Shown here in pieces: positions 11,651-24,576 of a DNA stretch of 64,000 nt. Under the pieces are notes generated by a model, which saw only the letters and a list, made by a program, of their open reading frames with translations, did not search any database and was not told the DNA's origin. The translations under genes were made by a program, and so were the position numbers. This DNA is from Takakia lepidozioides (taxonomy: Eukaryota > Plantae > Bryophyta): contig CM060731.1 of NCBI GenBank assembly GCA_030704615.1, positions 17,856,001-17,920,000 on the forward strand. The letters are read 5' to 3'. How positions within the stretch are numbered: position 1 is the first letter of the stretch; each line of letters begins with the position of its first letter.

Positions 11651-12828
11651 CGGGGAAGTTCCCTTCACGGCCTCCCTCAGTGGTTATTTTTTCCACTGGT
11701 GTTAACATTTATTTTAATTAATTTGATTAAAAGGGCCTCCGTCCCCTTTCCCTTAACATAAAAATAAAAATAAAAATGCAGCAACAGTATGTTTTTGGTA
11801 CAGGGGAGAAAAATGGTCTGTAAACCATGCTACCAAGGAATATTTGACATACTGTAGGAAACACGCTGCAAACCTGATATGCACTACCAACTGAAACTTT
11901 GCCCACTGGTGCAACAGTACCTCGCAAGAAGCTACATCTAAACGAAGAATGTGTGTCATGCAAAGATGAAGATTTACCATTCTCAATAGGAACCCCCACA
12001 AGGATGATACCCTCTTGCGCTAATGAAGATAATGGTAACATCTCACCTTTCCTGCTGGTAAGAACTCCCAGCGGTGAGATATTCCCTTACTACTCAAACT
12101 TACACTGATAAGAAAATCCTCATCTGAATCTTCCCAGTTACGATTGAAGAATGAACCCCTTTTGCACACTGAACAAGAGAAGGAGAAGGCCAACTCTGGT
12201 GCATCAAGACCGTACAAATCTCTGACTTGAAAATGCAATCCCTATGTATCCGAGCATATACACCTGAGCACAATCCTATCCATGTACACAGCTTTCAATA
12301 TGTTTTTACTGTAAATACTGACAGTGGTTGACAGTGGTTGTATATGAATCCATCATGATGACACTGCCGATCAGGAAGAGAAGTGCTATGAGAGCAAACT
12401 GTCAATGCTATCTGCCATCTTTCCTGCTCTTACGAACAGACAAAGACAAACTGATAAGCTTGCGCAAGCAAGAGTGAGCACTAAAATTTCATCAAGAATC
12501 AATATTCTGACCCCAAAAGAAAGGTCTAATCATGTGTGGTCAACCTGAACAGTGTTCTCAGGTTTCCTTGGGAGGGTAAAACTGGTTCAAGTATTATTGC
12601 AAATGTACTGGTGTGTTCAGATTTTGCTTCAGAAAACCTGCAAAAACTTGAAGGGTTGCCTTTGGAGTAAGATACACCAGAGAACATCTCTGCCTCAAAC
12701 TCATCTCTGTTAAAAGATTGAATAGAATCCGAAGCTTGATCTAATCTTGACAGCAAGAGAGATGACTAATTTTAAACCAGACAGGAACTAGTTCCCAATA
12801 TCACCTCTGATAAACACCTTTGCAGCTG

Positions 12829-15800
12829 CTACACACTGAGTCCGACTTGTACAACAGTGCGGATGCCTTTGTTATCACTAGACTGCAGCATGGCCTCTAT
12901 AACAGCCACATCGTGCAAGGCTTCCAATACTGAGCTCCGTTTATCTGCTTCACCAACAGGGATTTCCTGAGCAAACACCGCCATTCAGGGCATAGGAGGT
13001 TAGAAGACTCTCCCCCAACCACACGGTGGGCAGAGTGCACTGAGCTTCATCAATTAATGAGAAAACATGTTACAAGTTCCTTCAGCTATGGCCATACATC
13101 AGTGCCAGTGTACATGCCCACATGAAAGAGGATGCATTGTGGCAAACATTAGCCTTTACAGAATTGCCACAGTAAGACAATGTTTTCTTCACAATTGTTC
13201 ATGTATTTGTACAGCAAGAGTGCTATTGAAATCAGATTCTAAAACACTTAAGTCAGCTTAGTGGTTCAATGTTCAGTGAAGTTAATTTCCAGGACTGTTC
13301 CTCTAGTCCTGTACTTGTGACAAATATAGCTGGACTGCCAGTCATTATCTGCTGGGTACGATAGAGAGATGGAGAGGACAGGAGGGGATGGAGAGGTGGT
13401 TTGGGCTACATTATTTCCGACAAGGGAGTTTCGATGGATCAAAAGAAAATACAAACCATTGTCGAATGGAATAAGCTGCCCTCACCTCAAACACAGAGTG
13501 TGCCACATCCAGTACAAAGGCTCGGAGCTCCTCTTGCACACCTGAGAAGGGCCCAAAAAATTCGGACGGGCTCCCACTTGCAGGGTGGAAGACAGCCTGC
13601 AATTCAAGAGCCAAAAACTTACCGTCATTCGAAAGACTTTTACTGCCTTCTCCCATGAGAGCTTTAGAACACATCCCAACCTCAAAAGTGAGCTCTATCT
13701 GCAAGAATGAAGTTAGACAGAAAACTTCCCTGAACTTGTTTCCAGTCTGTGACATGGGGGAGGCCATCATGGAGGACCTCAAGGGTCTACCCACTCTCGG
13801 CACTAGACTGAAATTCAAACTCAGGGCGGGAAGCCTACCTTTGAACAGCAAACAGAAGTAGAGAGGAAAGGGAGAGTGCAATTGCCCGTTGTGCGGGCAA
13901 CCTGAAGACAATATTCATTTTCTGATTCATTGTCCGGGGTTCTCTCACCAGAGAGACGCTCTCTTCAAATCTATCAAGGGAATTGTGCCTGTACCTCTGT
14001 TTACCAACTTTGAAAGTCTCGAGGCTGAACCAAAGGCTCAGGCCCTTTAGGGCCTAGTTATTGGGCAAACCACACACAGCAGGTTGACGCTTGTGTAAAG
14101 GGATTTCTAGAGGATATCTGGGAAACCCGGATGAATTGTTTATTCCAAGGTAAGTCTTACTACCGGAGTCAGCCCCTGACAAAGGTAGGTTCTGTCCCTT
14201 CGTGTTCCGCTCAAACTGGGCCCGGGGTCAACGGCCACAAGGCTACAACAAACAACGTCTTATGAGTACATTCTATCTGGAAGAAACATTGACTCACTGG
14301 AAACAGATACCATGTGGAGATTCAAAGAATCACATAGTGTGGACACCTTGAAAGAAGGTCATGTCTTCACTTCTTTGGTACCCGTAAACTACCCGACCTT
14401 GACCAAAGGAGAAGGGGTAAGCAAGGGCCATACTTTGTAGCCATGTTTCCCATCTTGTACACAGCGTTCAGCCTCCATTGTGCCCGAGGAGCCCACCACC
14501 TTCCAGCTCACCTGCACATCAAATTTTCTTTTGGGACTGAGAAATATTCTTCCTGGATGTCACAAAGAGAGATGCAAAATACAGAGACATGGCTGGACAC
14601 CCATAAACAGCAAACTTTGCTTTCAATAGACCCCGCATACAATTCGGACTGAGAAGTGGGTAAGAAGAAGGGCAGAGGACAAGAAGATTTTAGCCACAAA
14701 GGAGAGGGGAGAGATAAACCCAAAACAGATGTCGGGGTTTCACCCTATATTGTCCCTGTCCAAACTGGGCACAGGATACATGGCCACAGAGCTACAACAC
14801 ATACTCTAATAAGTATTTCTCTTTGCTGCTCTGCAATTCCCGAGCAACATGTATCACATCTTGCGAGGGAGAGGCTATAATGGTGATGCTGATATTTACA
14901 TCATGTACTACTATATGAGTCAACCAGTTCTTAAATTACAGCTTGAGTCCATATGATAGGATTATATCCATCAGTGCTATGGGTTGGGCAGAATTATCTT
15001 CCCCTAGTGGATTTCAATACATGACAAGCCCTTGCATGTGTTTTCAGAGTATCCCAGTAGAACAATGAGATCAATTTTATGTCATAGTCAGCGTTACGTG
15101 CAATTGTTAGTGGGTGACAACATCTGGTCTGGCAGATACATGCTCACCTATGCTTTTCCAACAACGTCCACATTTTCCAAAAAAGTTACATAAGGGTTGG
15201 AGGCAACCTTGCGTGAGGTTGATGAGAAAGAAACATCTAGCTGCCCTTCACATCCATTCGACAACTGACTGGCCAATCGACATCCAGAACACATAAAGCA
15301 CTTTATCAAAAAGAATTCCACCCATCATGTATCTTCTCTTGAAAGACAGTCCTAATGAGTATTTCTAGTGGCACCTATCTTCTGATTGTTCCGTTGTTTG
15401 TAGCTGATCATTCCACGACATTAATGCACCCTTCCAGTGATGATGCCTTAGCCGTATGGCGGCAAGCAGCATGCAAAAGGTTAGATGTAAGCACTGCTAG
15501 ATAGGACTGGGGATCACTAAAAGTCTCACTTAGTCATTGCATATAAACATCTGGGTGAAAACTGGGCCCAAACCAGGAAATGTTCAACATCCTCACTTGC
15601 GATGACTAATTTGAGAAGAGGAAAACCCACGTTTTGTTACTTACAGAAGTGCTTTTACATTATCAGGGGGTGGCAAGGTTGGATCAACATGTGTGGCAGT
15701 GGCTGACACTGAAGCAACCTCACACCCCGCAATCTGTCAAGCGAAACACCCACAACAAAACAGCCCTTAAAGTTCTAAAGTGTTTTATCCTCTCCAAGAC

Positions 15801-18800
15801 CAACCAAGGCACAGGGGCTCTAGAAGAAATATCCCTGACCTCATGCCCAGGGTCTCAAGTTGTAGATACTGGACAACTTTTTGCTGCTCTCAAAGGCATA
15901 GGCTTCCTGTTATTGGATATAGACCCCAAAAACTAAGCTAAAATGTCCATCCCGAAAGGCCCCTTTGGGCCTCCACCGTTCTCTCTCCTTTTTTCCAGTT
16001 TCTATTTGCAGAAGGTGAGAAAAATTGACTGAAGCTGCCATAACATGGGTTCATTATCAAACTTAGCTGGGCTTTAAATCCATCTGTGACAACTTGGTCA
16101 TGCTCAGGCTATCAAGAAACCTATCTGATTAGATATGCCAAATTGATAAACTGTGTTGTATGTAGCCATTTAAATGAACAGAAACAAATCATAATGACAG
16201 TAAATAGACAGTACCAGGCGTAGCCCTGCAACAAAATGGACTCCACCATCCAAAATGAATCCACCCTGCATCAACCAATGCACAAAAGCCCTCAAAGGAT
16301 GGTCTTATGCACAGAAACATCAGCGCTGTTTATGGAATGCAAGGCTATTACAAATCATAAGGTCAAATTACAAGCATCAGAGCTTGGCAGTATTGTGGTA
16401 GAACCAAGAATCAATATTTAAGAACTGCGCATCCTTGCACAGTTTTACATGGCCGAGACTTCAGTTCTTCACTAGAGGACTAGTATATAGAGAGATCAAG
16501 TAAATACTTTCTTTATTCCTGAAAGGCAGTTCAAATGCTCCTTCATCTCCTGATTATGCTTGAAATTGTTCTTTCAAAAAGGTACTGGAACAAGGTTCTC
16601 CAACTTTCTCATGAGACGAGTGCATGGGAAGTGGAATTCATTTACAAATCAGTTCATACATGTGAGTACTACCTTAAAACCGGGATCACGGCGCCAGGTG
16701 CTCGAGAAGTAAGGGTTGGAGCTGTTCATAGGAGCATTGACTGTCACCTGAAATGAAGTCATTTTTCCGACATCCTTCACCAGCTTTGCTGCCTGCTTCC
16801 CACAGGACCCATGATTAGTACCAACCAGGTAATTCCCAACAACATCACTGAGGGACTGTTCAACCCAAAAAATGTTGGAAGCCAGCTGTGCGGAGAGTGG
16901 ACAAAGACCGACATAAAGAGAGCTCCTGAAGTATGCACATGAAATGGCAAACCACAATACTGTCACATAGGTCTGGCTGATCCAAAGGCAGTGTTAGGTG
17001 TCTAAATTTATATCGGTCAGCTGGTGGCAGTGAGGAAATATGCAACATGAAATATTGGTTTAGACTACTTGTTGAAAACTCTAGCTAACCATTCCATGCA
17101 TCACTATTCCACACCATACGCAACACAACTTTTGGAACAAAGACAAGTTTTTATCATTCCTTCATGGATAGATTTTCCGGACACAACTTAGTGTTGATAG
17201 ATCTAAAAGATGTGTTTGAAGACCACATTAGGTAGCAGATAGAGTTTACCACCTCTATCAGTGCAGGCTCAAAACGGTAGTTCTCCGCAACTGCCCAAAT
17301 TGGGAGTTTGCCACCATCCGCAGCACGGGCCTGATATGCTGACCAGGTCTTTCGCACTTCCTCAACAGCTGCACGGATGGAGCAGTACGAAGCATGAAGG
17401 GACAAGAACTGGAAAAAGGGTCAGATATGCTGACCAGGCGTTTAGCACCTCAACAGCTGCATGCATGGAAGCTGTAAGTAGGACACATGAAGGGGAAAAA
17501 ACTGGAAAATGGCAGAGTAGTATGAATAGCAAGGCATCAACAACTGAGAAATTAAAAAGCGCAGAGAGATGTACAAGCACAGATATAACTGAGCCCAGGA
17601 GGGGTAAGGCATCCACCAAAGCAGAAGAGGAAAGGTCGCCAACATGATAAGCTTACACAGCGTCGACACTTTGTGAACCTTGATCAACTTAAGCTTTAGC
17701 AACAACAAGACAGGGTGTTCAGACTTACTTGGACCCACAGGCTTCTCTTCACTCCCGCCCACAGCCATGCAGACAGACCAGTTTAAATTAGCCCAATACA
17801 CTGTACCATGCATACGATGTGTGGATAGACACCATAAAGGAATGTCAAACGTTGGGTTCACAACCATGCTTGGCAGAATTTCCATACTACAGCAGATACC
17901 AACATATAGTTCTGTCTCAACGTTCACCCCATATGCTAATACCTCTGCACCTACTCTCCTATAGGTCAACATTCCATTTTCTAAGAGTGAAAATATAAAA
18001 GTATTGAGTTCCACAAGCTGTAATCTGACATTATGAAAATCCCACATTATAAAACATTGAATGAATTGCTGTGTTCCCTGACAGCTATGCCTTTGTCCCC
18101 CCATCTGCAATGGCCCTCACCTTGTATTACATGCTTCCCTGCTTGGAGCGCTTGCAGCACAACATCCAGCTGCACAGAGAAGAACCAGGTGTGTAATTGG
18201 TCACATAAACATGACACTGATTTAGAGAAGACTGGCCATAGTTGTATACCTCCTGCTGCTTTCGAGAGTGAATTATATCCATTCCAAGACTAAATTCAGA
18301 GTGCAAGCACGAGTCCAGATTAGGGATCTGGAGTCTTCACCCTTCATGTGGGAGAGGAGCCTACCTGGGCTTGAGCTGGCAGAACCACAGCAACTGCATG
18401 GATTGTCCTGTCCTGGAATATGGCCTCTAAACCCTCAGGCCCCCACTTTGCTTCTGCATCGGGTGCATACGCTTTGGCTAGTTGCAACCCCTCCAGAGCA
18501 GCTTCCTGGTGTTGAACAAATAATTCTTTTGAAGTATTGATTAAATCACATTGTTGAATTCCACACACAGATCTGTCAACTGGAAGGTTGTGAATCCTGC
18601 GCGATATATGGCCGCGAGAAGCATATAAAGCACTATCCTCTTTCTCTCTCTGTCTCTCTGTCTGCAAATAGATGCACATATTCAAAAAGTTGTTCAACCT
18701 GGCAAGCGCAAAGCGCTGGGTCTCACTAAATTTTTCCACTGCAGAGGGATGAACTCTCAAGTAAAAAAAACCATGCTTTGCCGCGTTATTAGGGCTGCCT

Positions 18801-20056
18801 TGGAGTACACATCTGCAGTATGGGTTGATAACTCCAACCAGGCTAAGTCTCTAGAATCCATTCAAGTGGGGGTGCTTAAGGAGTGCATGTCAGCGTGCTC
18901 TAGAACAGCCAACGTGGCTGTTCGGGGTGAGTTTGGCATCCCTTCCTTAAGCTCCCAAATAGATGAACTCAAGGTCAGATGGTGGGATCAGCTGCAATGT
19001 ATGTCTAATATCAGATATCCTAAGTTAATCGACTCTATATCTTGGAAGCAGGATCCCCTGTCAAACAGGCTAAGTCATGGTGGAAGAGAGTAGAAGAGAT
19101 TCTCAAGGATCTGAGTCTAAGCACGCAAGTCTTGTCCCTGCTGGATAAATCTGACTTAGAGGCTAGTGTGTCCAAAGCCATGTCTGTTGCCAGAAAATTG
19201 TCTGACGAATATGAAGTTAGGCAGAAAACTTCCCTGAACTTGTTTCCAGTCTGTGACGTGGGAGAGGCCATCATGGATGACCTCAAGGGTTTACCCACCC
19301 TCGGCACTAGACTGAAATCTAAACTCATGGCAGGAAGCCTACTTTTGAACAGCAAACTCATGCAGAGAGGAGAGAGGGATTGCAATTGCCCGTTGCGTGG
19401 GCAACCTGAAGAAAATATTCGTTTTCTGATTCATTGTCCTGGGTACTCTCATATCAGAGACGCCCTCTTCAAATCCATCAAGGGAATTCTGCCTGAACCT
19501 CTGTTTACCAACTTTGAAAGTCCCATAGGCTGACCCAAAAGCCCAGGCCCTTTTGGGGCCTAGTTATTGAGCAAACCACACACAGCAGATTGATGCTTGT
19601 GTGAAGGGATTTCTAGAGGTATCTGGAAAACTCGGATTATAGTCTGTTCCAAGGCAAGTCATACTACCGGCGTCAGCCCCTGACAAAGGTAGTTTCTGTC
19701 CCTTTGTGTTCCGCTCAAACTGAGCGCGGGGTCAATGGCCACAAGGCTGCGGCAAACAACGTCTTATGAGTACATTCTCTGCAAATGGAAACTTCCAAAT
19801 AGAGGAAAAAGACGCATTCTTATGAAAACAGGGGAGTGCTTTTAAAGCTGCAAATAAGCAGCACAATGCATAGCAAGTTTTGACCCAGATTGATAAACGT
19901 CAACAGTAAGAGCACCACCTTCGAGCGACTCCAAATGATTTTGAGAGAAACGAGATGAGCCAAATCTCCTAAAGTCGGAACGTATTGTGTGCTAGCAAAC
20001 AATCCAGCTCCCAGCAGTGCCAGCCCCGGCACCGTACCCTGATTTGTTTCCGCCAT
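12829..20056 (-). CDS. Gfo/Idh/MocA-family NAD(P)-binding oxidoreductase (resembles Arabidopsis At3g20790), 12 exons
   Basis: GT-AG exons 20056-19919, 18505-18365, 18169-18121, 17746-17729, 17368-17253, 16792-16673, 16265-16215, 15733-15645, 15268-15208, 14511-14434, 13596-13486 and 12966-12829 splice in frame. Motifs: LLGAGLFA, GKHVIQEKP, WAVAENYRFEP, MNSSNPYFSSTWRR, GGFILDGGVHF, FSGVQEELRAF. Confidence 0.92.
13708..14271 (+). mobile_element. 5'-truncated non-LTR retrotransposon (RTE/RTEX-like 3' end), copy 1, intronic
   Basis: KLRAGSLPLN...CPLCGQPEDNIHFLIHCP zinc finger; ends ...GTCTTATGAGTACATT; TSD TCTATCTG(C/G)AAGAA at 13694-13707 and 14272-14285. Confidence 0.85.
18673..19777 (+). mobile_element. 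5'-truncated non-LTR retrotransposon, copy 2, intronic
   Basis: RT C-terminal motifs LEYTSAVW...LESIQ...VAVRGEFG...RYPK, then the same zinc finger and 3' end; TSD TCTGCAAAT(A/G)GA at 18661-18672 and 19778-19789. Confidence 0.85.
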
Positions 20057-20813
20057 TGCAACCTTTATCGATCTATGCCACATTCACACCACACCCCACA
20101 CCATTTCAAGCTTCAGATCAAGAAGTTACCCGGATAGATACAAATCTGATCCAGCTCCAAATAACCCATACCCAACTCTCTAAATCCCCGTCTGCAGCAA
20201 CTAACGATCATGACATGTTGCACCTACCACTTTCTATTAATAGAACTTCATTTGCATGCTCCAATGCTAGAAACCAACATGCTTGAGGCAACATTTCCTT
20301 CATGTTAGACAACATAGGTACCACTCCTCCGATCAATGTACACCTGTCAGATCTGTGTCTCAACACAGTTGAGCAACCTCTCAAGAGGTTTTTGAATCGC
20401 GCTTGGAAGCTTTGCACGCTAGAGAGTCCGCACCTGTTGTGAGCCCCAAGCCAAAGAAGTTGTTGGACCGCTGCCTGTGCAGTCTGGCCCCTCCCATCAT
20501 GCATTACCTCGTCCACAGAGTAACAAAAAAAAAAAAAAAAGTATTGCTGGGGCATCCATATGATGCTGTTGTCCATCCTTCCGGGATACTTCGTACTAAC
20601 AGGCAGCAGAAAATTGTTTGCGAGAGTTTTTTTTGTCCATGATGGGTTCGCGCTTGAAGTCATCGGCAGTGACACCTTCAGCAACATCAAGGCTTTCCTT
20701 ACTGCTGTAAGACACCTCCATCAAAGAATTTCAAGTCAACTGTTTCTGTAGTTCTTGGGTTGCCCATATATTGTTGTGTTGTTTGCTAAATATCTGGGTG
20801 CCATTGTTTGTAG

Positions 20814-21806
20814 GTGTCGGCTGGCAAGGAGTCCATTGTCTATGGCACAAAAAGCCCCTTTGCGGCTGACCTTGTCATTGTAGATGTACCGGAGGGTCTT
20901 GCTGTCCCTGGCATATTGCCTTCAAATGGAGTTCCTGCTTGGAATGTGGCGGATGAGAAATTCTGTTCTTGGGCCTTTGCATTTTGTAACAACTTCGTTG
21001 CTGATGATAGAGCACTCCTTTGCTTGCAATCCATCAGCAAGGACTCCACTAAAACATTGGCAAAATATCTTAAGGCCGGTGGGTTCCAGGTGTTCAAAAC
21101 ATGGTACATTGCAAATTCGATGCCTCTAACCAATGCGGACCGCAAAGACCGCATGGGGAGTTCTTTCATGTTTGCAACATGCTTACTGTTATTCTATTGA
21201 TAATGGATGTTTCAGAACTATCACTCGCATGTTGTACTTATGGAAATTTCATTCTGCTCAATGTTAGTATTGTGGTTTGCAGACGGCTTTGTTTCAGGTC
21301 GTCTTGTTGACCAAAATAGTGATGGCAAGTTCATCTCAACCATTTCAGTTGCGGTCAGATGGGGAGTTCATTGACGTGCACGTTGAGCCTGTCGAGCAAG
21401 ATTTGCTTTTCAATCCCATCACACAGAAATGCAGCCTGAAGAGGTCTGATGGATCTCCTTGGCGGGGTGCTAGAGAAAAGAGTCATGCTCTTATGCAGAT
21501 TCTTATAGAGGCATGCAGTCCTTATGCATCTCGTGTTGTTGACTTGACAGCTTAGATAGGTACATTGTGCCTTCAGAATTGACTATTTCCCTTTGTTCAT
21601 CTCCATGTCTCTTTGTGTGTATTTTAGAGTGCTCTACTAAAATATGTGTAGTGCATCCATTTCATCTCTTTCATCTTTTTGGAGTAGGAGCAACTCTGCA
21701 CGCATGCGAAGCAGTAGATCGTCATGTGTTTGCAACGGAGGGTGATGAGGACCTTTTCATTGCTCCCCTTGCTATAGGAGTAGTAGTTAGGGGAGGAACA
21801 GCTTAA
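20814..21806 (+). pseudogene. Spliced, decayed beta-class N6-adenine/N4-cytosine DNA methyltransferase-like gene
   Basis: Exons 20814-21155, 21283-21559 and 21688 onward join in frame. ADLVIVDVPEG sits at the motif IV (DPPY) position; REKSHALMQILIEACSPYASRVVDLTA*IGATLHACEAVDRHVFATEGD matches motifs X-I-II. Lesions: donor GGGAGT instead of GTGAGT (21156) and TAG at 21553. Confidence 0.7.
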
Positions 21807-23043
21807 TCAGCGTGAGACCGAGCCTATTTCTGATCCATCCGCGGATTGTGCCATTGACGAGTTCATGACCTGTAAGTAAGTCTGCCCTCCTCGATGCTCA
21901 AATTTTCTGCCTTTACATTGCCTCATCTCTTTTTCTCTGATAGTCTTTGTTTCTCAAGCACTTACATCAAAGCATGGATTTGCAGGAGTATTTGTGTTAC
22001 ACAGAAGCACACATCATGCTATCATATGCAACAATGGACACATGAGCCTGCACAATTGTTGTGGACAACATATTTTGTTGTTTTCTATTTTTGATGGTTT
22101 CCTTTGCCATAAAGGAAGGATGAAAAGATAAGGAAATCATTTCTTTACGCAGGGTAATGCCCGCCCTGGGGTCAGGCCCTTAAATCCAGGAATGCCCTCC
22201 ACTCAGGGCATTACCCTATACATATTGCATTCCTGAGCCATGTGCATGGGAGGTTGGATAGCATGTGGGAAGGCTCACACCTGGACAAGTCCTGTTCATG
22301 TGAGCAGAAGAGGATATACCAAAAATTCCAAGAATCTTTCCAAAAAACTAAAATGTGTTCATGCCAGATGAAATGTGAAACTTTTCGAAATTTCAAGCCA
22401 TGCAGCCAGGGCTTTGGGAATTTTCCAATTCCTTAAACCATGCTCTGTGATTAATTGTTGCATTTTCTATCATGTGATGTTGTCACTCATAGCAGTCCCC
22501 AATGTGCAAAAGTATTCATAGTTCATTTTGTTTCATCCATGAAACTATTGGATAATGACCTACCGTAACAATCGCTTAAAGTTTCATTAGCAAAATCAAT
22601 CAACCTGACATCAAGTGACACCTCGTCAATGATGATTTCATCCACTTTTTCCTTAATACAATCTTGGAAAATCTAGATTCTTGATTTATTTCACTTTGCG
22701 AAACTTATGGTGTGTCTTATTATATGAACTGTTTGATATTTGTGTTTTTTGGTGCTGTTGGTATTTTGACTTTGTTTTCCGTATCATGTTATTCTTTTGC
22801 AGAATACCAAATTTATAATTATATGGAACTAGGAACTTGTAAATATACAGTAAAAGAGCCTACTCGCATGTATGAACCCTATGTTTGTCCTTCATAATCT
22901 ATTTCGGTGGAAACATCGGTATCCTTTTGCTGTTTTTTGTGCTCACACCTCCATTTTTTGGGCTCATGTGAGCTGTGCTAAAGTTCTATCAACCCTCCTG
23001 CATGGTAGGAGTCTAAGGGGATTGTGTAGTCCGGTGGTTTACC

Positions 23044-23316
23044 TTAGAATATATCAGCATTGCAGAGGTTGAACCATCTGGATGTAGGGTGTGATAAAAG
23101 TAGTTTTTGGAGTTGCCAAACTCCTTGATTATGTCTAGATATTTGGAGACCATGTAGCATTGGGTGTTTGCAATGTAGGAGAAGAAGCGGCCATATATCT
23201 ATTTGGGGTTGAGCGGAGCACATCATGCAAGGTTTGGTAGGGTATAAAGTAGGCCCAAGCAGATTATGTCTTTGGTTGCCCATGTACCGTAGACCTTGGG
23301 CAAGTTCAACAATCAT
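23044..23316 (-). mobile_element. Fragment of an RLE-type non-LTR retrotransposon (RandI/Dualen-like zinc finger-RHN region)
   Basis: YMGN..NL....YP...CMMC.....D.W..LLLHCKHPMLHGLQISRHNQGVWQLQKLL: a CCHC-type finger followed by the RHN motif that precedes restriction-like endonuclease domains. Confidence 0.5.
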
Positions 23317-24061
23317 ATGTCGAATTTTTATTTTATTTTGAAAATTTCATTTCAACATATGGAATATTATGACAAACATGGATTTTTATTTCTTTCGATA
23401 TCCAAATGGGTTGATAACGAAGGAAAAAATGACCTTGGTGCCATCAATATATTAAGGAAGGTAGTTTGATTGTTTTAATTGTTTGTTTGTATGCACATTG
23501 GTATGTTGTGATCTCCCAAACAGGCTGCAAGCGGGTTCTTAATACCGCTTGAAAGCCCTCAATGAGTAGGGGTGCATCGAGGTAGTTGCATAATTTTTGG
23601 ATCCACGGTGTGGGAGATATCAAATTTCAAGTATTTTAATTTTGTCACTGGAAATTCATGAAAAATAGCAAATTGGATTTTTTCTGGAGTATTGGCCATT
23701 CATTTGTCTTTTGGTACACATGGTGATAAATTATGTGCTCAACGCCGAAGGCCACACTAGTGAAGTCTGAACAAGTAAGGGAGCAACCGCCCGGAGTCCC
23801 AACATACTACCAAGGCCTGATGGGACCAGCAAGGGGTCATTGATCCATTTTCCGAAAAACAAAACAAACAATGGGGCCGGGTATGCATCCGGTTGATATC
23901 CTAATGGCTCTACACCCGACCCACGAGTGGTGTCCACCTTCCAAACAGAAGGCAAAGCCCTTTGGGATGAGGCGATACCCTAAGTTACGCTTGCTATGGC
24001 AAGAGTCTTCCTCTTCCTCCTTATAGATGGCTGAAGACTTCAATCTGTATGACAGTGCAGG

Positions 24062-24298
24062 TTTTATTCTTTTTCCTTAGTTAAAGGAAACCTGGGACCC
24101 ACTGCCCACAATTTCAGGCCCTTGAGGAGGGGGACAAATAGCCCCCTTCCATCTAAAGGCCATGAGACACACAAGACGCACTACACACAGGCAGGCCGCC
24201 GCAAACAATCCACATACGGGGCAGGGCGGCGGATTTGAACCCTGAACCACGAGGGTGACACACTATGCACTTAACAGCTGAGCTACCAGCCGATGTGC
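24062..24298 (-). mobile_element. tRNA-derived SINE
   Basis: Minus strand: A box TGGTAGCTCAGCTG, B box GGTTCAAATCC ~30 nt later, ~150 nt body and A-rich tail AAGGAAAAAGAATAAAA. No full cloverleaf and no clear TSD. Confidence 0.7.
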
Positions 24299-24576
24299 TT
24301 TTCTCTTCTTAAAGAGGGTGAGCTTCAACTAGGCTTTGTGTTGTTCCGCACTACTAGCAACGACTTATGAGAACAACGTCTAGATAGATGGGCTATATTC
24401 AAGTTTTATGAATAGATGAACATTTATTGGCTGTCTAAATCAATGGAGAAAATGTGGTCAAAGGACCTTACACCCTGACAAGCCTCCGATTGTTGTGGTG
24501 TGCTGAACCATGCTCTCTAGTTTTCCCTCCCTCTTATGTTTTGCCAAAGCAAGGGAGCCCATTGCAATTTGAGGCT

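Noticed and set aside
11899-12756. Short minus-strand ORFs downstream of the oxidoreductase
   Set aside because: No recognisable domain or consistent splice structure; cannot be supported as a gene.
24215-24298. tRNA gene
   Set aside because: A and B boxes are present but acceptor and anticodon stems are not intact, and a body plus A-rich tail follows, so it is a SINE.
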